Below the pieces are notes generated by a model. That model was not told the DNA's origin. It saw only the letters and a list, made by a program, of their open reading frames with translations, and did not search any database. Both the position numbers and the translations under genes were made by a program. Positions 1 through 10,109 of a DNA stretch of 64,000 bases are shown here, one piece after another (within the stretch, counting starts at the first letter, position 1; each line of letters starts with the position of its first letter). The stretch is from an uncultured Actinomycetota bacterium (GTDB lineage: Bacteria; Actinomycetota; Actinomycetes; Propionibacteriales; Nocardioidaceae), in contig CAVWPK010000012.1 in the NCBI GenBank assembly GCA_963756795.1, forward strand, positions 495,194-559,193, read 5' to 3'.

Positions 1-126
1 CGCGGGTCGCGGTGTCATAGAGCCGGAACGTCACCGCTCCAGTCTAGGGACGAGCGGCCGAGCGGCCCGCATCGGCAATCGGGTCGTCGTGTGACAGAAG
101 TGACGGATGTGACCTACCGTCATGCC

Positions 127-1386
127 ATGCGCCAGATCGCCGCCGGGCTCACGCTGCTGCTCGCCCTCACCGGCGTGAGCGGGTGCAGCACGGCCGACGA
201 GCCGGACGGCTCCGCGGTCGCGGTGGCCGCGATCAGCAACGACCGCAAGATCACCCTCACCCGCTGGGACAGCGCCCGGCAGTGGCGCCGCGGCGACGGG
301 ACCGGTACGGCGGTCCGCGACGGCCGGCTGATGTTCGACCAGCCGGTCGCGACCACGACGGCCGGCGGCCGCGCGTACGACGTCGCCCGCTGGAGCTCCC
401 CGTGGGTCGAGCCCGGCTATCCGTTCACCGAGCTGATCGCGTCGTGGTCGGCCAGCACCCCGAAGGACAGCTGGATCGAGGTGCAGGTCCGTGGCCGGCA
501 CGGCGGCGGCCGGCTCACGTCGTGGGACGTGCTGGGCCGCTGGGCGTCCGGCGACCGTCACTTCCGGCGCCGCACCGTCTCCGGCCAGTCCGACGACGGC
601 ACCAGCGTCGCCGTCGACACCTGGCGCACCACCGGGCTGCCCGCGTTCCAGATCCGCGTCTCGCTGGCCCGGCGCGCCGGCGCGTCGTACGGCCCGAGCC
701 TGGACCTGGTGACGGCGATGACCTCGCGCGTCCCTGCGTCGGCGGGCGCCACCTCCGAGCCGGGCGTCGCACGCGGGACCGTGCTCCAGGTGCCGGCGTT
801 GTCGCAGATGGTGCACCGCGGTCACTACCCGCGGTGGGGCTCCGGCGGCGAGGCGTGGTGCTCGCCGACGTCGACCTCGATGGTGCTCGCCTACTACGAC
901 CGGCTGCCCGATCCGCGCCGCTACGGCTGGGTGCCCGACGGCCACGTCGACCCGTGGGTCGACCACGCCGCCCGGATGACCTACGACCATGCCTACGACG
1001 GCACCGGCAACTGGCCGTTCAACACCGCCTATGCCGCACCGCTCGCCGGGAAGGCGTTCGTGACCCGGCTCCGGTCGGTCCGTGAGGCCGAGCGGCTGAT
1101 CGCGGCCGGGATCCCGGTGGTCGTCTCGATCGCGTTCGGACCCGGCCAGCTCGACGGCGCGCCGATCAGCTCCTCTGACGGCCACCTGCTGGTGCTGGTC
1201 GGCGTGCGCGCCAACGGCAACGTCGTGGTCAACGACCCGGCTGCCGCGTCACGCCGTGGAGTTCGCCGTACCTATGACCGCGGCCAGCTCGAGCGGCTCT
1301 GGCTGGAAGCCTCCGGCGGACTGGCCTACGTGATCACCGACCCTGCCCATCCCCTGCCGGACCCGGCCACCGCCACCAACTGGTAG
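127..1386 (+). CDS. Peptidase C39-like family lipoprotein (papain-like Cys protease/amidase)
   Basis: Lipobox-like signal (LTGVSGC). Cys in WCSPTS, His in DGHLLVL and Asp in NDP match the C39-like triad order. ATG 127 chosen over 91 because a TACCGT -10 lies 6 nt upstream. Confidence 0.75.
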   Translation: MRQIAAGLTLLLALTGVSGCSTADEPDGSAVAVAAISNDRKITLTRWDSARQWRRGDGTGTAVRDGRLMFDQPVATTTAGGRAYDVARWSSPWVEPGYPFTELIASWSASTPKDSWIEVQVRGRHGGGRLTSWDVLGRWASGDRHFRRRTVSGQSDDGTSVAVDTWRTTGLPAFQIRVSLARRAGASYGPSLDLVTAMTSRVPASAGATSEPGVARGTVLQVPALSQMVHRGHYPRWGSGGEAWCSPTSTSMVLAYYDRLPDPRRYGWVPDGHVDPWVDHAARMTYDHAYDGTGNWPFNTAYAAPLAGKAFVTRLRSVREAERLIAAGIPVVVSIAFGPGQLDGAPISSSDGHLLVLVGVRANGNVVVNDPAAASRRGVRRTYDRGQLERLWLEASGGLAYVITDPAHPLPDPATATNW

Positions 1387-1438
1387 CGGTGCCGAGACGG
1401 CGCACATGGGCACGGTTTGGCGCCGACTCGCGGAGGGG

Positions 1439-2194
1439 TCAGGCGCCGTACCCACCGTCGACGTCGAGCTTCTGACCGGAGATGAAGCCGGCCCGCGGCG
1501 AGGCGAGGAAGCAGACCGCCTCGGCGACGTCGCGGGCGGAGCCGAACCTGCGGAGCGGGATGTTGCCGCGGGTGATCTCGAGCGCTTCGTCGTCGAGCTC
1601 TCCCGAAGCGATCAGGCGCGCGGCCATGCCGTCGGTCAGCATCCCGGGCCCGACCGCGTTGACCCGGACGCCGTACCGACCCTCCTCGACCGCGAGCGCG
1701 CGCACCATCGCCTCGACGGCGGCCTTCGGTGCCGACGAGAGACCGTCCCGGATCGGGAACCGCGTCGTGGCAGCCGTCGTCACCGCGACCAGCGACCCGG
1801 CCGACGCCCGCAGCGCAGGCAGCGCGGCGTGCGCGACGGCGAAGAAGCCGGCCGCATCGGCTGCGAGCTGGTCGGCCATCGTGTTCGGTTCGACGCGGGA
1901 CAGGTGGACCATCGGCACGTGGGGGCCGGCGGCGTGGACGACCGTGTGCAGTCCGCCGAGGTCGGCGACAGCCCGGTCGATCACCCGGCCGACCTCGCGC
2001 CGGTCACCGAGGTCGACGGCGTACGACGCCTCGCCCACCTGCGACGGACGGGTCCGGTGGGTGACCGCGACCCGCGCGCCCCGCTCGAGCAGCATCTCGG
2101 CGACACAACGGCCGATACCGCCCGAGCCGCCGATGACCAGCGCCCCGCCAGGGAGCCCGGCGAAGTCCGCTGGACCTTGCTGCTGCGAGTTCAC
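1439..2194 (-). CDS. SDR family oxidoreductase
   Basis: GGSGGIG Rossmann motif, VRVNAVGPG, FISGQKLDVDGG. Only the C-terminal 251 aa of the 939-aa track ORF are real; the GTG overlaps the stop of the upstream gene (GTGA). Confidence 0.85.
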   Translation of the reverse strand: MNSQQQGPADFAGLPGGALVIGGSGGIGRCVAEMLLERGARVAVTHRTRPSQVGEASYAVDLGDRREVGRVIDRAVADLGGLHTVVHAAGPHVPMVHLSRVEPNTMADQLAADAAGFFAVAHAALPALRASAGSLVAVTTAATTRFPIRDGLSSAPKAAVEAMVRALAVEEGRYGVRVNAVGPGMLTDGMAARLIASGELDDEALEITRGNIPLRRFGSARDVAEAVCFLASPRAGFISGQKLDVDGGYGA

Positions 2195-3729
2195 GCTGAG
2201 GCCGAGAACTGGATCGAGTGCCACCCGGTGGCACCGTCGGGGAGCACGCCTGTCTCCACGCCGGTCTGCACGTCGCCGTCCTTGCCCGTCGCCCGCACCC
2301 GGAGATCGTGGTCCCCCTCGTCGACCTCGAACTCGGCCCGCCACTGCACCCAGGTGTCGTCGCCCGGCACCCGGGCGAGGGTCGCGGTCGTCCACGAGCC
2401 GCCGTCGAGGGAGACCTCGACCCGCTCGATCCCGGTGTGCTGCTTCCACGCGGCGCCCGCGCACACCAGCGGTCCGGCGGGCAGGTCGGCGCCGTCGTCC
2501 GGCACGTCGATCCGCGACGAGATCTTGACGGGGCCCTGCTCGGCCCAGCCCTTGCCGGTCCAGTACGCCTCGATCGCGTCGAAGCGGGTGACTTCCATGT
2601 CGACCACCCACTTGCACGCCGACACGTAGCCGTAGAGCCCCGGCACGATGGTCCGCACCGGGAAGCCGTGCTCGACGGTGAGCGGCTCGCCGTTCATGAA
2701 CACGGCCAGCATCGCGCTCCGGGAGTCGGTGAGCGCGGACAGCGGGGTGCCGCAGGTCCAGCCGTCCTCGGAGGTCTGCAGGACGGCGTCGGCGTCGTCG
2801 CTCACGCCGGCCTCCGCGAGGATCCCGGCCAGCCGTACCCCGCTCCACCACGCGTTGCCGATCAGGTCGCCGCCGACCTCGTTGGACACGCAGTTGAGGG
2901 TGATCCAGCCCTCGGTGATCTCGCGGGCGACCAGGTCGTCGTAGGTCAGCACCAGGTCGCGCTCGACCATGCCGTGGATGCGGAGCTCCCAGTCGTTCGG
3001 CCGGATGTTGGGTTTGAGGATCGCGGTGTCGATCAGGTAGAAGTCCTCGGCCGAGGTCTGCCACGGTCGTACGCCGTCGACGCCGATCTTCACCCCGCGC
3101 GGGATGACGGGCTTGGTCACCTCGTCGACCCGCAGCAGCCGGCGGTCCTTCTCGACCGTCTCCCGCTGGTTGCCCGCGAGCTTGCCGAGGATGGTCGACA
3201 CCGCGGCCACTCCGCCGACCGCACCCGCGGCTACGAAGAACCCGCGCCGGCTGTGCGTCGGGTCTTCGGTCTCGTCCGCGGAGGCCTCGACGAGCTCCCA
3301 GCGGCGCAGCCACTGGGCCATCACCGCCAGCCCGATCAACCAGGTGACGAAGCCGACGAAGACCGGTACGACGTTGACGCCGGTGAAGCCGGGCTTCGCG
3401 ACCACAGCGATCCCGGCGACGACAGCGAGCACGACGTAGCCCAGCACGGTGACCCACCAGCGGGTGCGGGCCACCCGGCCCAGCACGGCGAACGTGATGG
3501 CGAGGATCACGAACATCCCGAGCAGCAGCAGCGGCTTGTCGCGGGTACCGAAGGTGTCGATCGCCCACCGGGCGATCGATCCGGGCGTCAGGTCGATGAC
3601 GCCCTCGGCCACCGCGACCGCCGGCGACTCGCGCACCCGGAGCAGTCCGGCCGCCAGATAGCTGGTGGCGAGACCGAGCGCACCGACGATGACGCCGGAC
3701 AGCCACCACCAACTGCGGGAGGTCCTCAC
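2191..3729 (-). CDS. Membrane-anchored molybdopterin-dependent oxidoreductase (sulfite oxidase/MsrP-like)
   Basis: N-terminal TM helices, Tat-like SRRGFF, Moco Cys in TLNCVSN, HGFPVRTIVPGLYGYVSACKW, C-terminal dimerisation domain. Confidence 0.9.
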   Translation of the reverse strand: MRTSRSWWWLSGVIVGALGLATSYLAAGLLRVRESPAVAVAEGVIDLTPGSIARWAIDTFGTRDKPLLLLGMFVILAITFAVLGRVARTRWWVTVLGYVVLAVVAGIAVVAKPGFTGVNVVPVFVGFVTWLIGLAVMAQWLRRWELVEASADETEDPTHSRRGFFVAAGAVGGVAAVSTILGKLAGNQRETVEKDRRLLRVDEVTKPVIPRGVKIGVDGVRPWQTSAEDFYLIDTAILKPNIRPNDWELRIHGMVERDLVLTYDDLVAREITEGWITLNCVSNEVGGDLIGNAWWSGVRLAGILAEAGVSDDADAVLQTSEDGWTCGTPLSALTDSRSAMLAVFMNGEPLTVEHGFPVRTIVPGLYGYVSACKWVVDMEVTRFDAIEAYWTGKGWAEQGPVKISSRIDVPDDGADLPAGPLVCAGAAWKQHTGIERVEVSLDGGSWTTATLARVPGDDTWVQWRAEFEVDEGDHDLRVRATGKDGDVQTGVETGVLPDGATGWHSIQFSASA

Positions 3730-3760
3730 ACCATGATTGTGACTCAGGCATGATCACCAC

Positions 3761-4297
3761 GTGACCCCACCGCCCAACCCGGGTTCGATCCGGACCGGTA
3801 TCGGCACCGATGTCCACCGCCTCGTACCCCGGGCGGCCGACGACCCGCCGTTCCGGCTGGCGGGCCTCAGCTGGCCCGACGAGAGCCACCGGCTCGACGG
3901 TCACTCCGATGCCGACGTCGCCGCTCACGCAGCCTGTGACGCGCTGCTCTCGGCGGCCGGGCTGGGCGACCTCGGCAGCAACTTCGGTACGTCGGACCCG
4001 GCCTGGGCGGGCGCCGCCGGCGTCGCGTTGCTGGGCGAGACGGTGCGTCGCGTCCGCGCCGCCGGCTTCGCGGTCGGCAACGTCTCGGTCCAGGTGATCG
4101 GCAACCGGCCGCGGCTCGGAAACCGCCGTGCGGAGGCCGAGGCGGCGCTGTCGCAAGCAGTCGGGGCGCCAGTCTCGGTGTCGGCCACGACCACCGACGG
4201 TCTCGGTCTGACCGGACGCGGCGAAGGGGTGGCTGCCATCGCCACCGCACTTGTGCACGTTCGAGCCGACTTCCTCGACGACGAGGAGACGCCGTGA
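3761..4297 (+). CDS. ispF: 2-C-methyl-D-erythritol 2,4-cyclodiphosphate synthase
   Basis: [45 protein letters not shown]. Confidence 0.95.
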   Translation: MTPPPNPGSIRTGIGTDVHRLVPRAADDPPFRLAGLSWPDESHRLDGHSDADVAAHAACDALLSAAGLGDLGSNFGTSDPAWAGAAGVALLGETVRRVRAAGFAVGNVSVQVIGNRPRLGNRRAEAEAALSQAVGAPVSVSATTTDGLGLTGRGEGVAAIATALVHVRADFLDDEETP

Positions 4298-5211
4298 CGA
4301 CCGAGACGCTCACGACCTACGACGGCCTCCGCCTGCACGTCACCGTCCACGGACCCTCGGACGCTCGCGTCAACGTGCTGCTGTCGCACTGCTGGACGGC
4401 CGACGAGTCCGACTGGCACTACCAGGTCTCGGACCTGCTCTCGCGCTACGGCCACCAGGTCCGGCTGATCACCTGGGACCATCGCGGTCACGGCCGCAGC
4501 GACCGGACGCCGGCACCGGACTGCACCATCCCCAACCTCGCGCGCGACCTCGGCGCGGTCGTCGAGGAGTTCACGACCGACGGTCCGCTGGTGATCGCCG
4601 GCCACTCGGTGGGCGGCATGGCGATCACGGCGATCCCGGAGGAGTGTGCGCACGTCGTACCCCGGGTCGCCGGCGTACTTCTCGTCTCCACGTCGGGCGC
4701 CGACCTGCACACGGTGACGCTGGGTCTCCCCGAGGTAGGTCCGTTCCTGCGGGACCGGCTGCCGTTCGTGCTCGCCACCCGGGCCCGGATGCTGAGCCTG
4801 TCCAGGCGACAGCGCTTCCCGCTGATCGAGAGCCGGCTCGCGCGGCGGTTCCTCTTCGGCCGGCCGCAGCAGCCGCGCGACGTCGGACACGTGGTCGACC
4901 AGCTCATCCACTGCGCGCCCGAGACCTATTCCGGGTTCTACCAGGACATGATGGCTCACGACCGGATCGGCAACCTGCACGCCTTCGACGACGTCCCCAC
5001 CACGGTCCTGGTCGGCTCCCGCGACCTGCTGACGCCTCCGTCGCACGCCCGCAAGCTCTCCAACGGCATCCGGGGCGCGCGCCTGGTCGTGGCACCCGAT
5101 GCCGGCCACTACCTGCCGTTCGAGCGTCGTGAGCTGGTCACCGAGGAGCTCTGCCTCCTGGTCGACCGGGCCCTGAGCCGCAGCGCCAGGGGCCGTCGCA
5201 CAGCGAGCTGA
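4294..5211 (+). CDS. Alpha/beta fold hydrolase
   Basis: WDHRGHGRS, nucleophile elbow [20 protein letters not shown]. Translationally coupled to ispF. Confidence 0.88.
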   Translation: MTTETLTTYDGLRLHVTVHGPSDARVNVLLSHCWTADESDWHYQVSDLLSRYGHQVRLITWDHRGHGRSDRTPAPDCTIPNLARDLGAVVEEFTTDGPLVIAGHSVGGMAITAIPEECAHVVPRVAGVLLVSTSGADLHTVTLGLPEVGPFLRDRLPFVLATRARMLSLSRRQRFPLIESRLARRFLFGRPQQPRDVGHVVDQLIHCAPETYSGFYQDMMAHDRIGNLHAFDDVPTTVLVGSRDLLTPPSHARKLSNGIRGARLVVAPDAGHYLPFERRELVTEELCLLVDRALSRSARGRRTAS

Positions 5212-5227
5212 CTGCGCCGTTCGGAGC

Positions 5228-5596
5228 TCAAGCCGCGTCGACCCTGCGATGTCCGATCATCACCACGCCCTCGACGACCTTGACGGCGTAGGACGGCACC
5301 GACGCGTGGGCGTCGTCCAGGCACCGGCCCGACCGGAGGTCGAAGGCGTGCTTGTGGGCCGGCGAGGCAACGAACGGTACGTCGTCGCGCCGTCCGACGA
5401 TGCCCTTGGCGATCCCGCCCGCAGCGGACCGCGCGAACGGGTCGTGGTTGCCGAGCGCGTAGACCGCGTCGTCGCCGGTCCGGAAGATGGCGATGGCTTG
5501 CCCGTGGACCAGCGCGGTGACCCCGCGATCGACCTCGAGCTCGACGATCCGGCACACCGGCTGCCACTCGTCGTCGCGCCCGGACATCCCTGCCAT
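5228..5596 (-). CDS. nirD: Nitrite reductase small subunit NirD (Rieske-like fold)
   Basis: GVTALVHGQAIAIFR, YALGNHDPF, GIVG, VASPAHKHAFDLRSGRCLDD are typical NirD features. Confidence 0.8.
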   Translation of the reverse strand: MAGMSGRDDEWQPVCRIVELEVDRGVTALVHGQAIAIFRTGDDAVYALGNHDPFARSAAGGIAKGIVGRRDDVPFVASPAHKHAFDLRSGRCLDDAHASVPSYAVKVVEGVVMIGHRRVDAA

Positions 5597-5618
5597 GGGC
5601 CGACCGTAGGTCTGCCCT

Positions 5619-5657
5619 GTTCACGCCCGCGTTTCGCCAGGTAACAGCCAGGAAAAC
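5619..5657. promoter_or_regulatory. Possible GlnR-type binding site upstream of nirD
   Basis: GTTCAC-n6-GTTTC-n5-GTAAC-n6-GAAAAC resembles the actinobacterial GTnAC-n6-GAAAC GlnR box, but spacing is imperfect. Confidence 0.35.
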
Positions 5658-5706
5658 TTGACCGCGGGAGGACGTCCTTGCGGCTGAGGTCGCTACGCTC
5701 CGCCCC

Positions 5707-6396
5707 ATGGCTGCCGCCGTCGTGATCCTCGCTGCCGGGAGCGGCACCCGTGTCGGCAGCGACGTCAACAAGGTGCTGCTGCCGCTCGACGGGACGCCGG
5801 TCCTCGCGCACTCGGTGCTGACCGTGCTCGGCCTCGACGGCGTCGACCCGGTGGTGCTGGTGTGCCGGCCGGGCGAGGAGGATGTCGTGGCCGGCGCAGT
5901 CGGCCCGCATCTCGGTGGCCGCGACGTGCTGCTGGTGCCCGGCGGAGCGACCCGGCACGAGTCCGAGCAGGCCGCGCTGGCCGTCCTCGCGTCCCGGATC
6001 GAAGCTGGTGAGGTCGACGTGGTGGTCGTCCACGACGGCGCCCGCCCGCTGGCGCCGGCCGGCCTGTTCGAGCAGGTGATCGGTGTCGCGCGGGAGGCCG
6101 GCGGCGCCGTACCCACCGTGGAGCTGACGGCTCTCCTCCCCCGCGATCCCGGTGCCGCGCTGCCCGGCGGCGAGCTGGTGGGCGTCCAGACGCCGCAGGC
6201 GTTCCGAGCCGTGCCGATGCTGGACGCCTACCGTTCTGCGCGCCGCGACGGGTTCGACGGCACCGACACGGCCGCCTGCCTGGAGCGCTACCGGCCGGAC
6301 GTCGCGACCGTGCCGGTGCCGGCCGGTCCGGCGAACCTCAAGATCACCTACGCCGAGGACCTGGAGGCGGCGTCGCGCGTCAGCGCGGCTCGGTGA
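5707..6396 (+). CDS. ispD: 2-C-methyl-D-erythritol 4-phosphate cytidylyltransferase
   Basis: LAAGSGTR, KVLLPL, GGATRHES, VHDGARP, VQTPQAF, NLKITYAED. Confidence 0.9.
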   Translation: MAAAVVILAAGSGTRVGSDVNKVLLPLDGTPVLAHSVLTVLGLDGVDPVVLVCRPGEEDVVAGAVGPHLGGRDVLLVPGGATRHESEQAALAVLASRIEAGEVDVVVVHDGARPLAPAGLFEQVIGVAREAGGAVPTVELTALLPRDPGAALPGGELVGVQTPQAFRAVPMLDAYRSARRDGFDGTDTAACLERYRPDVATVPVPAGPANLKITYAEDLEAASRVSAAR

Positions 6397-7018
6397 GCGC
6401 TTCGAGGACCCGGAGGTCCTCGTCGGACGCCACCCTGCGCGCGGTGGGCGGGGCATCCACCAGCAGGACGTCGTAGGTCGACCGCAGGTCAGCAACCAGC
6501 TCGACGAAGTCGGTCCTCGGACGACCCGGGAGCGCGGCGACCACCCGCGCCGGCAGCACGAGCGGGGAGCACACGGCCACCAGCGCATCGCGGTCGACGG
6601 TCTGACCGAGCCGGCCGTCCTCGACCCGTTTGACGGTGTCGGTGACCGGGCGGACCGCCGCCACGACGGCGTCCTGCGCGACCGCGGTCCGTGCGCACTC
6701 GGCGATGAAGGCCGGCGGCGTCATCGGGCACAGCGGGTCGTGCAGCACCAACGGCCGACCGAGGTCGGCGAGCACGTGCCAGGGCACGGTCACGTCGACC
6801 AGGTCGACGTCGGCCTCACCCATCGCCCAGGCCGCGGCCGCCACCAGCGCCTCGTCGTGGATCAGCCGGTAGGGCAGCGATCCGCGGTCCTCGTCGACGA
6901 CGAAACCCATCGGGCGCTGCGGCTCACCGGCCTCGTCGTCGTACGCCTCGGACTCCACGGCGACCACCGTAAGGCGTCGGAAAAGCGACGATGCCCCCGC
7001 CCGGTCGGACGGAGACAT
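6380..7018 (-). CDS. Degenerate IspD-like protein (carD-linked)
   Basis: Retains LHDPLCP, VRPVTDTVK and DRDALVAV..P but lacks the N-terminal AAGxGxR nucleotide-binding loop. Start uncertain. Confidence 0.65.
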   Translation of the reverse strand: MSPSDRAGASSLFRRLTVVAVESEAYDDEAGEPQRPMGFVVDEDRGSLPYRLIHDEALVAAAAWAMGEADVDLVDVTVPWHVLADLGRPLVLHDPLCPMTPPAFIAECARTAVAQDAVVAAVRPVTDTVKRVEDGRLGQTVDRDALVAVCSPLVLPARVVAALPGRPRTDFVELVADLRSTYDVLLVDAPPTARRVASDEDLRVLEALTEPR

Positions 7019-7038
7019 CGTGCACGTGCTTGAGGGAA

Positions 7039-7524
7039 CTAGCTCGCAAGAACCTCGTCGAGGATGGTCTCTGCCTTGTCCTCGTTGGTGTGCTCGGCCA
7101 GCGCCAGCTCGGAGACCAGGATCTGCCGTGCCTTCGCGAGCATCCGCTTCTCGCCGGCGGACAGGCCACGGTCACGCTCGCGGCGCCAGAGATCGCGGAC
7201 GACCTCGGCCACCTTCATGACGTCTCCGCTGTGGAGCTTCTCCAGGTTGGCCTTGTAGCGACGCGACCAGTTGGTGGGTTCCTCGACGTGCTCGGCACGG
7301 AGGACGCCGAACACGCGGTCCAGGCCCTCCTTGTCGACGACATCGCGGACTCCGACCAGATCCAGGTTGCAGGCGGGGACCCGGACCACCAGATCCTGCT
7401 GGGCTACGATCCGAAGGACGAGGTACTGCCGCTCCTCTCCCTTGACTGTCCGCATCTCGATGTCTTCAATAACTGCGGCCCCGTGATTGGGATAAACGAC
7501 CGTTTCGCCGACGGTGAAAGTCAT
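7039..7524 (-). CDS. carD: CarD family RNA polymerase-binding regulator
   Basis: [34 protein letters not shown]. Confidence 0.97.
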   Translation of the reverse strand: MTFTVGETVVYPNHGAAVIEDIEMRTVKGEERQYLVLRIVAQQDLVVRVPACNLDLVGVRDVVDKEGLDRVFGVLRAEHVEEPTNWSRRYKANLEKLHSGDVMKVAEVVRDLWRRERDRGLSAGEKRMLAKARQILVSELALAEHTNEDKAETILDEVLAS

Positions 7525-7736
7525 ATGTGATGAACCCCTTCCTAGGGCTCTATCTTATCACGCCCGAGCGTCGCCCCAGAATGCGTTTGCGCAGGTCAGG
7601 ACGGCAATCGCGGGCTTGACAGACGCACGGTCATGTGGTGGGGAACCTCACAGCGGCTGGGGCTCGACCCGAATCGTCACGCGACACTCACCGGACCCGG
7701 CTGCGGCGCCGGAGCCCGTGGTCAATACTGCTCGCC

Positions 7737-8612
7737 ATGGGAGTGGACCGCGACGAGGACGCGCTTGAGGATGTCGACGTGCCCGAGGTCGAGCCCGAGC
7801 TCGAGGTCGAGCCCGAGGTCGAAGTCGAGCCCGAGGACGTCGAGATCGAAGTCGACGTCGAGGTCGACCAGGAGCCCGAGAGGACCGCCGCCCCGGGCCG
7901 GTTCGGCCGGTTGCAGTGGACCCCACTGCTCCTGGCCCAGGCCGCCCACGCCAAGCAGGCGGTCATCACCGCGTTAGCGATGGGCGGCGCAGCGGTGCTC
8001 GCGGAGCGACCGGCGCAGGAGGCTGGCGTCGTACTCCTCACCGTGCTGGTCGGTCAGACCATCCTCGGCTGGCACAACGACATCGTCGACAAGGCGCGCG
8101 ACGACGCGCACCGCACGCCCCGCAAACCGATCGCGGACGGCCGCCTGGACGTCGGCGCCGCGTGGTACGCGATCGTCGTCGCCGCCCTGGTCCTGGTCCC
8201 GTTGTCGGTCACCACCGGCATCACCGCCGGCGCCATCTACCTGGTGTCGGTCTGTGTCGGCATGCTCGGCAACGTCGTCCTCCGCACCGGCTTCTTCTCC
8301 TGGGTCACCTGGGCGGTGTCGTTCGCCATGCTGCCGGCTTACCTGTCCTACGGCGGCTGGGGCGGCCAGGCGGTCGGCGAACCGCCGGAGACGGCGATCA
8401 CGATCCTCGCCGGGTTGCTGGGCATCGGCGTCCACTTCATGCGCGCCGTCTGGGGCCTGGTCGCCGACCACGAGGACGGCTGGACCTACCTGCCGCTCAA
8501 GCTCGGGCTCAAGGTGGGCGCCACCCGCCTGCTCGCGATCTCGACGCTCTACACCGTCGGGATCGTCGTGGCACTGGCTGTCGTCGGCTACAACGTCGGC
8601 CTGTCCCGATGA
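7737..8612 (+). CDS. UbiA family prenyltransferase with an acidic low-complexity N-terminus
   Basis: WHNDIVD..D...RKPIADG first Asp-rich motif and multiple TM helices. ATG 7737 is preferred over 7635. Confidence 0.8.
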   Translation: MGVDRDEDALEDVDVPEVEPELEVEPEVEVEPEDVEIEVDVEVDQEPERTAAPGRFGRLQWTPLLLAQAAHAKQAVITALAMGGAAVLAERPAQEAGVVLLTVLVGQTILGWHNDIVDKARDDAHRTPRKPIADGRLDVGAAWYAIVVAALVLVPLSVTTGITAGAIYLVSVCVGMLGNVVLRTGFFSWVTWAVSFAMLPAYLSYGGWGGQAVGEPPETAITILAGLLGIGVHFMRAVWGLVADHEDGWTYLPLKLGLKVGATRLLAISTLYTVGIVVALAVVGYNVGLSR

Positions 8613-8721
8613 CCGCCGAACCGATCCGGCGCGCGCCGGTCGATGGATGCCCACTAGAGTGAACCCGCTCCTGGCGAGCACCTTGACCCGAGTCCTCAGA
8701 TCACCTGCGGAGGCCAGCCGA

Positions 8722-9330
8722 ATGCTCCACCGACGCCCGACCGCGACCGCTCTCGTCGCGGTGCTGCTGCCCCTGGCCGCTGCGCTGACGTCCTGCGGCT
8801 TCGACTACCCGACCGACCGCGTCAACACGATCGCCGCCGGCACCAACAACCGCGACGCCGCGGTCGACGTACTCGGCGCCCGCGTGGTGGCCTATGCCGA
8901 CGGCCAGGGTCGGCTGATCGGCACGCTGGTCTACAACGACGACGACGCCGACGAGCCGGCGACGCTCGACGAGGTCGCCGGCGCCGGCGTGACCGTAGCG
9001 CCGCCGGGCGTTTCGGTCCTTCCCAACGAGCACGTCAACCTCGCTGCGGAGGACGCACCCGCGATCCCGGTCGAGGGTGACTTCGCCGCCGGTGACTTCC
9101 TCGAGCTGACCTATGTCTTCTCCACCAGCGAGTCCGTCACCCTCGAGGTGCCCGTGGTGAAGCCGTGCGGTCAGTACGCCGACATCGTGGCCCCCGGCTC
9201 CGAGCCCGGCTCGGCCGCCGAGGAAGCGGGCGAGGAGGCGGAGGACGCCGCGCACGCGGAGGAGACTGACGCCACTTACCTGTGCGAGCACCCGACCGAG
9301 AGCGCCGAAGGCGAGGAGGGCGGGCACTGA
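8722..9330 (+). CDS. Lipoprotein, LpqE-like (hypothetical)
   Basis: Signal peptide ending LTSC, then GFDYPTDRVNT; acidic C-terminal tail. The true start lies inside the 358-aa track ORF. Confidence 0.65.
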   Translation: MLHRRPTATALVAVLLPLAAALTSCGFDYPTDRVNTIAAGTNNRDAAVDVLGARVVAYADGQGRLIGTLVYNDDDADEPATLDEVAGAGVTVAPPGVSVLPNEHVNLAAEDAPAIPVEGDFAAGDFLELTYVFSTSESVTLEVPVVKPCGQYADIVAPGSEPGSAAEEAGEEAEDAAHAEETDATYLCEHPTESAEGEEGGH

Positions 9331-9348
9331 GCCCGGCCCGGCAGACCG

Positions 9349-10095
9349 ATGACCTACCCGCTGATCCTGCTCCGCCACGGCGAGAGCGACTGGAACGCGA
9401 AGAACCTGTTCACCGGCTGGGTCGACGTACCCCTCACCGACAAGGGACGCGCCGAGGCGGTCCAAGGCGGTGAGCAGCTCGTCGGCGCGGGCCTGCTGCC
9501 GACCGTCGTCCACACCAGCCTCCAGCGGCGCGCCATCAACACGGCCGTCCTCGCGCTCGACGCCGCCGACCGGCACTGGATCCCCGTGCGGCGGTCGTGG
9601 CGGCTCAACGAGCGCCACTACGGCGCGTTGCAGGGCAAGGACAAGAAGCAGACCCTCGACGAGTACGGCGAGGAGCAGTTCATGCTCTGGCGCCGCTCGT
9701 TCGACGTACCTCCGCCGCCCCTGGCCGACGACGACGAGTTCTCGCAGGTCGGCGACCCGCGCTACGCGGACCTCGGCGAGGAGATGCCACGCACCGAGTG
9801 CCTCAAGGACGTCATCGCCCGGTTGCTTCCCTACTGGGAGTCCGGCATCGTCCCCGATCTGCGGGCCGGCCACACGGTCCTGGTCGCGGCGCACGGCAAC
9901 AGCCTGCGGGCGATCGTGAAGCACCTCGACCAGGTCAGCGACGCCGACATCGCCGGGCTCAACATCCCGACCGGCATGCCCCTGGTCTACGAGCTCGACG
10001 AGGACACGCTGGCCCCGGCCACCAAGGGCGGGCGGTACCTCGACCCGGAGGCGGCCGAGGCCGCTGCCGCGGCCGTCGCCAACCAGGGCCGCTAG
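9349..10095 (+). CDS. gpmA: 2,3-bisphosphoglycerate-dependent phosphoglycerate mutase
   Basis: [34 protein letters not shown]. Confidence 0.97.
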   Translation: MTYPLILLRHGESDWNAKNLFTGWVDVPLTDKGRAEAVQGGEQLVGAGLLPTVVHTSLQRRAINTAVLALDAADRHWIPVRRSWRLNERHYGALQGKDKKQTLDEYGEEQFMLWRRSFDVPPPPLADDDEFSQVGDPRYADLGEEMPRTECLKDVIARLLPYWESGIVPDLRAGHTVLVAAHGNSLRAIVKHLDQVSDADIAGLNIPTGMPLVYELDEDTLAPATKGGRYLDPEAAEAAAAAVANQGR

Positions 10096-10109
10096 GACAT
10101 CGCGCCGGG

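Noticed and set aside
2195-4258. 939-aa ORF 1439..4258 as a single protein
   Set aside because: Only the last 251 aa are SDR-like. The rest is an alternative-frame read over the molybdo-oxidoreductase and antisense to ispF.
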